A DNA stretch of 64,000 bases from NCBI GenBank assembly GCA_002633005.1, contig NMRA01000006.1, positions 851,861-915,860 of the forward strand, given 5' to 3'. Shown piece by piece: positions 59,873-64,000 of this stretch. This stretch comes from Phoronis australis (Eukaryota > Animalia > Phoronida). Under the pieces are notes generated by a model that saw nothing but the letters and a program-made list of their open reading frames with translations, was not told the DNA's origin and ran no database searches. Within the stretch, counting starts at the first letter, position 1. Each line of letters opens with the position of its first letter. A program made the position numbers and the translations under genes.

Positions 59873-62800
59873 GGCATATTACCGGTACAACACTAACTCT
59901 GACATTCCTAATACAATAAGTCAATTGTTCAAAATATATAACTTATGAAAATGGACGCAAAATATTCGTACTCACGTTTCAATTGCATTGAATCACGAGG
60001 AATATCATAAATATTGGCCTCCTAATCAATAATGCATTGCCTGGTCATATCACTGTGACTCCAGCGTGCTGAGAACTCTTTCAATATAAAACAACTAGCG
60101 CATTTTGATGTTAACTATGGTGCTAAACCGGACATTGAACAAACAGGCTATGCTGTATTGTAAATGCAACATTTTAATATTGTTTTTAACGACGAACGTG
60201 ATTCAGTAAAAAAGTTAACTACGAATAATTTTCATTCGTTTTAATGTTTGAATTAAACAAGCTAAACGTTTTTACGTTTTTATCTTCAATTCAGTTCTCA
60301 TCGGCTTCAGCAGCATGCCATGTCCAGCCATCGAGGTGAGTTTAAACATCTTCAAGACTATCGTTGCTGTGATTTCTGCACAACACCTCCTTCTTAATCC
60401 CATTTAAATCCACTCTCAATAGCCATCTATTCAAATCATCCAATTGCGCAAGTCAATTTATAACAACTCCATGAGCTATCTTGGCATATTTTCTTCCAGG
60501 ACTAATCTCTCACGCGATAACGTTTATTCTACCTTCGAGTTTTTCTTAACTGCTCGTGTCTTTAACGACGGTGGCCGAAAGCGGTATTGGGTCTGTGAAC
60601 TGTTATCGAAGTCTCTTGGATTGAATTGGCGTTTCCAAGAGAAAAATATGAAGAAAAATACAACAGCTATGAGAAACATGGTTCTAGAACTCAATTTACT
60701 CAACAAACTGTGATCACGTCTTAAACTTTAGACACGTGGCTCACATCATCTGCACACCCACATATTTTATTGAAAATGATCCGAAATAAATAAAAAGCGT
60801 GAAAATATTAACAGAAGAAGCTTGAACAATAAATAGTATGCGTTTCGGTAGAAATTAATTGACGGAGTAGGAAAAACGAATCTGGTAGACTATCTGTTGT
60901 ACCATTCGAATACGAAGTTCATCTGGGCCCGGTCTCTAATCTTTTTACTCGAAATGGAACTCGAAATTATGTTTGGAATTTTCTACTCTACTTTTGTGCG
61001 AACTCAAGATAAGTGTCTATTATTCTATGCTTGAGTACATAATGACTTACGTGGATAATGTATTAGTCCGAGTTTGCAGTTGATAAACCCGAACAAAGAA
61101 CACGAGGTGTGATGAAGTAGTGTATGAATAAACTTTAAAAAAATAAAAAAGATCAACGTTTTCAGCACCATTTCCAGTTTGCCTTAAACACACTACAATT
61201 CCTAGCAAAAAGAACAACTGTTGATTTTGACCACTTGCGGCTATAAAGCTGATCATAACTTGTTCCGTTCTCAGAAACGGCGATTTCCATACTTGGGAAA
61301 TACCGACGCATAACCGGCCTCGAGCATAAACGAATTGACGAAACTTCCCAGCAACAAAAAGCACTGCGAATCCGGTTAAGGATCAACTTGAGATCAATTT
61401 TACAACGACAACTGGTGTAAATCAAAAGTTAATTTCATGTTAGAAGAAGGGTTTGCACCAGCTTCATTGTGAAAACCTGGCGTCTGAACAAACGTGACCG
61501 GGTAAATAATAAAGCAGTGGAGAAGCCTTCGTTGTTCACCTCTGTATACTGTACACCCAAGGCGAAAAATTCATGGAAAAACAATAGCCAGTCCCACACG
61601 AAATTTCCAACCAGAGGGCCAATTCTCTTCGACGGTGGTCTTCAATCACATTGTTAGAAAGATGCCCTAAGAAATGTTGCCTTGTAAAAATATAAGGAAT
61701 ACTTAACCTTCCGGCTATTGGGCCTGCATGTAGATACTGCTATGTACTGCTGACAAACATTAAACAAATTCTCGTCTCATCCAGATGAACACACGACAGC
61801 GTGCACAAACCTTGAGGCACAATACACCGTGAGTTGTTGCTGACAAAATAGCACTGAGATAACTGGGCACACAACACTCAGGGAGGGCGAATAAAACACG
61901 CAGACATCGAACGAGTTACGATAACATTCTCACCTCATAACTGAAATAAATCCGTAAAAGTAATGATAAGTGGCGATCTATCATGACGGAAGATACAGTA
62001 CAGTATATTCTAACTTTTGCTCAGACTTCACTGACAAGTAGTAAACAACAAAACACCCAAGGCCCTGGTCAACCAGACATTGGTGTATTTACCTTAATAT
62101 TTTGACAATAAATACAAGATGTTGAGAGTAAAATTATGAACGGTAGATGGCCGGGAGCAAGAATGTGATTTTAAAACATTTGGGTATTTTTGAACAACTT
62201 TCGTCGGAATGTCAATCTTTCACGTTACGACAAATGCTTGTTGTTGTTACCTTACAAACCGTCAAAAACTCCTACGCGCTTCCAATCATGTGGAATGATT
62301 GTTGACGAATAATTTGTGTTCGTCCCTGATCCTTAACTGCATTTCCTCAGTATTTAGCTAGCAAAAAAACGAAGCTCATAAATCTATCTTTTTTTCTTTT
62401 ATCAACAAGAGCAACGAAACCACCAGCGACTGCAAAATGCTTCACAGAGGTGTAGACGAACTCTAAAGTTACGAATTCGTAAATGGCGCATTTACGCATT
62501 GCCTATGAATTGAATATACGGACTATTCGCGGCACCAATTCAAGAAGGGATAAGCATGATAGAAATTTAACCCCAAAGCGCTTCTGTTTAGAATTCAACA
62601 TTGACAGCTAGCTAAACAGCGACAGAATCCCATGCATCACGCGCACCAATTGTTTGCTGCAGACACAGTTTGTTAATTTCGTATGTTCGCTACCTGTACG
62701 TACTCAATACACCCAGTGATTTTGAATGGATATATCAAACGGGTCCTAATCAAAATGCAAGTACACAGTGATATGCTGGCGGTACGGTACTCCACTCATT

Positions 62801-64000
62801 CACGCTTATTCACTATAGCTAGTGGCCCACTCGGTCGTTTTTATTTCGCCGGTGTGCCTCGCAGTAACAAGTGTGACATATTACCACCACCTGGTGTTTT
62901 TCTTTCTGTTCCCGTTGCCACAAGGAACGGTCGCCAACACTGCAGGACAAGTATGCACACCTGTATAGTTCCAATGGAATGGCTTGCTCGGCTATGATTC
63001 TTGAGACCTCAGCCATTCAAGATATATATGTTCACATACTGGGAACTACTTGCACATAACCGTGGGTGTAATTGGGCATAAACTTGCTTGTTTATGTGTG
63101 TTTACCATCTGAATTCTTGATACATGCGCACTTGAAAATCATAACCACAGTAAATTCCAACATAAATTCCAGTAGTACTATTAACCCACTGCGTATCTAA
63201 AATAATCTTGATTTTGTACCCTTACTATCGTAAAATTACATCAACATGTTTCTTACTCAAATTAGAATAAGTTGCCGACACGAAAACATGTTCGTATCAT
63301 AAAATGAGCAGCCTGGGCGAGTCACTTTGTTTTACTTAGTTTCTAATCTTAGCAAGGAACAGGTTGAGCTCGTTTTATAATCGTAACTGGCTTAAATCAA
63401 CAATTACTTTTGTCAGAAGGCACGTTCATAGACCATCTGAAACGATACAGAATATTTAGAAATTACAAGATGATATGCGAAGCTTAACTAAGATAATATA
63501 GGGGCAGCTTTAAAAAACGAATTACATTTGAAGCCAAATTATTATACGGGAAATTCGTGAAAACGTCAACTCAGAGACAAAAAAAAATAAATTGCGACAA
63601 TATTAACGTGCCTAATCTCCTCTGAAATACCAGCCTCTCTAGTTGCAGGACCTGTATTTGAATTTCCTATCACTTAAAATGTTTTTGATCCCAATTTAGT
63701 CGTATTGTTTACTGGAATGACCGAGGTCTCGATTTTTGACGACTTGGTTTTTGGTCTGAATAGGGCTTGCTAATTTTTTCCAGGCACTCGATTGTACCTA
63801 ATAGAATATAGAGATAGAATTTTTCAAGTTTTGTACAAAGAAAACCTATCACGTATATGACAGCTCCGACTTACCCCGCACCGAACTTTGAAAAAAACAC
63901 AATCACGTGACTATTAAAGAGCAAAGCGTTATTTTATTTTCCTGCGCACAGTAAGTGTCTGTGACCACCAAGGATTTGAAAAATAAATGGTTTCGTGGGT

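Overview
AT-rich, intron-rich animal genomic DNA, most likely a marine invertebrate; the species cannot be determined from sequence alone. It is not prokaryotic, and I found no CRISPR array, rRNA or intact tRNA. Two genes can be spliced by hand, with every intron GT-AG and phase-compatible. (1) A + strand RSPH10B-like MORN-repeat radial-spoke gene has 16 coding exons from 1004 to the stop at 22908 (763 aa visible); its 5' end lies outside the window. (2) A convergent - strand R-spondin gene has 5 coding exons from 55856 to 41714 (292 aa: signal peptide, furin-like 1, furin-like 2, TSP1, long basic tail). Between them is a candidate 3-exon gene for a small secreted Cys-pair peptide that I do not recognise (28527-31285). 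The rest is LINE 3' fragments, MITEs and non-autonomous DNA transposons (some nested, with target-site duplications), a decayed THAP domain, and mini/microsatellites. Most entries in the ORF track are spurious. Best leads: a possible extra in-frame terminal exon giving the R-spondin a 117-aa C-terminal extension, its uAUG-dense leader, the orphan secreted peptide, a minisatellite that amplified a splice donor, and a sharp CpG-decay boundary near 24 kb that can be read from paired transposon copies. All coordinates were counted by hand.
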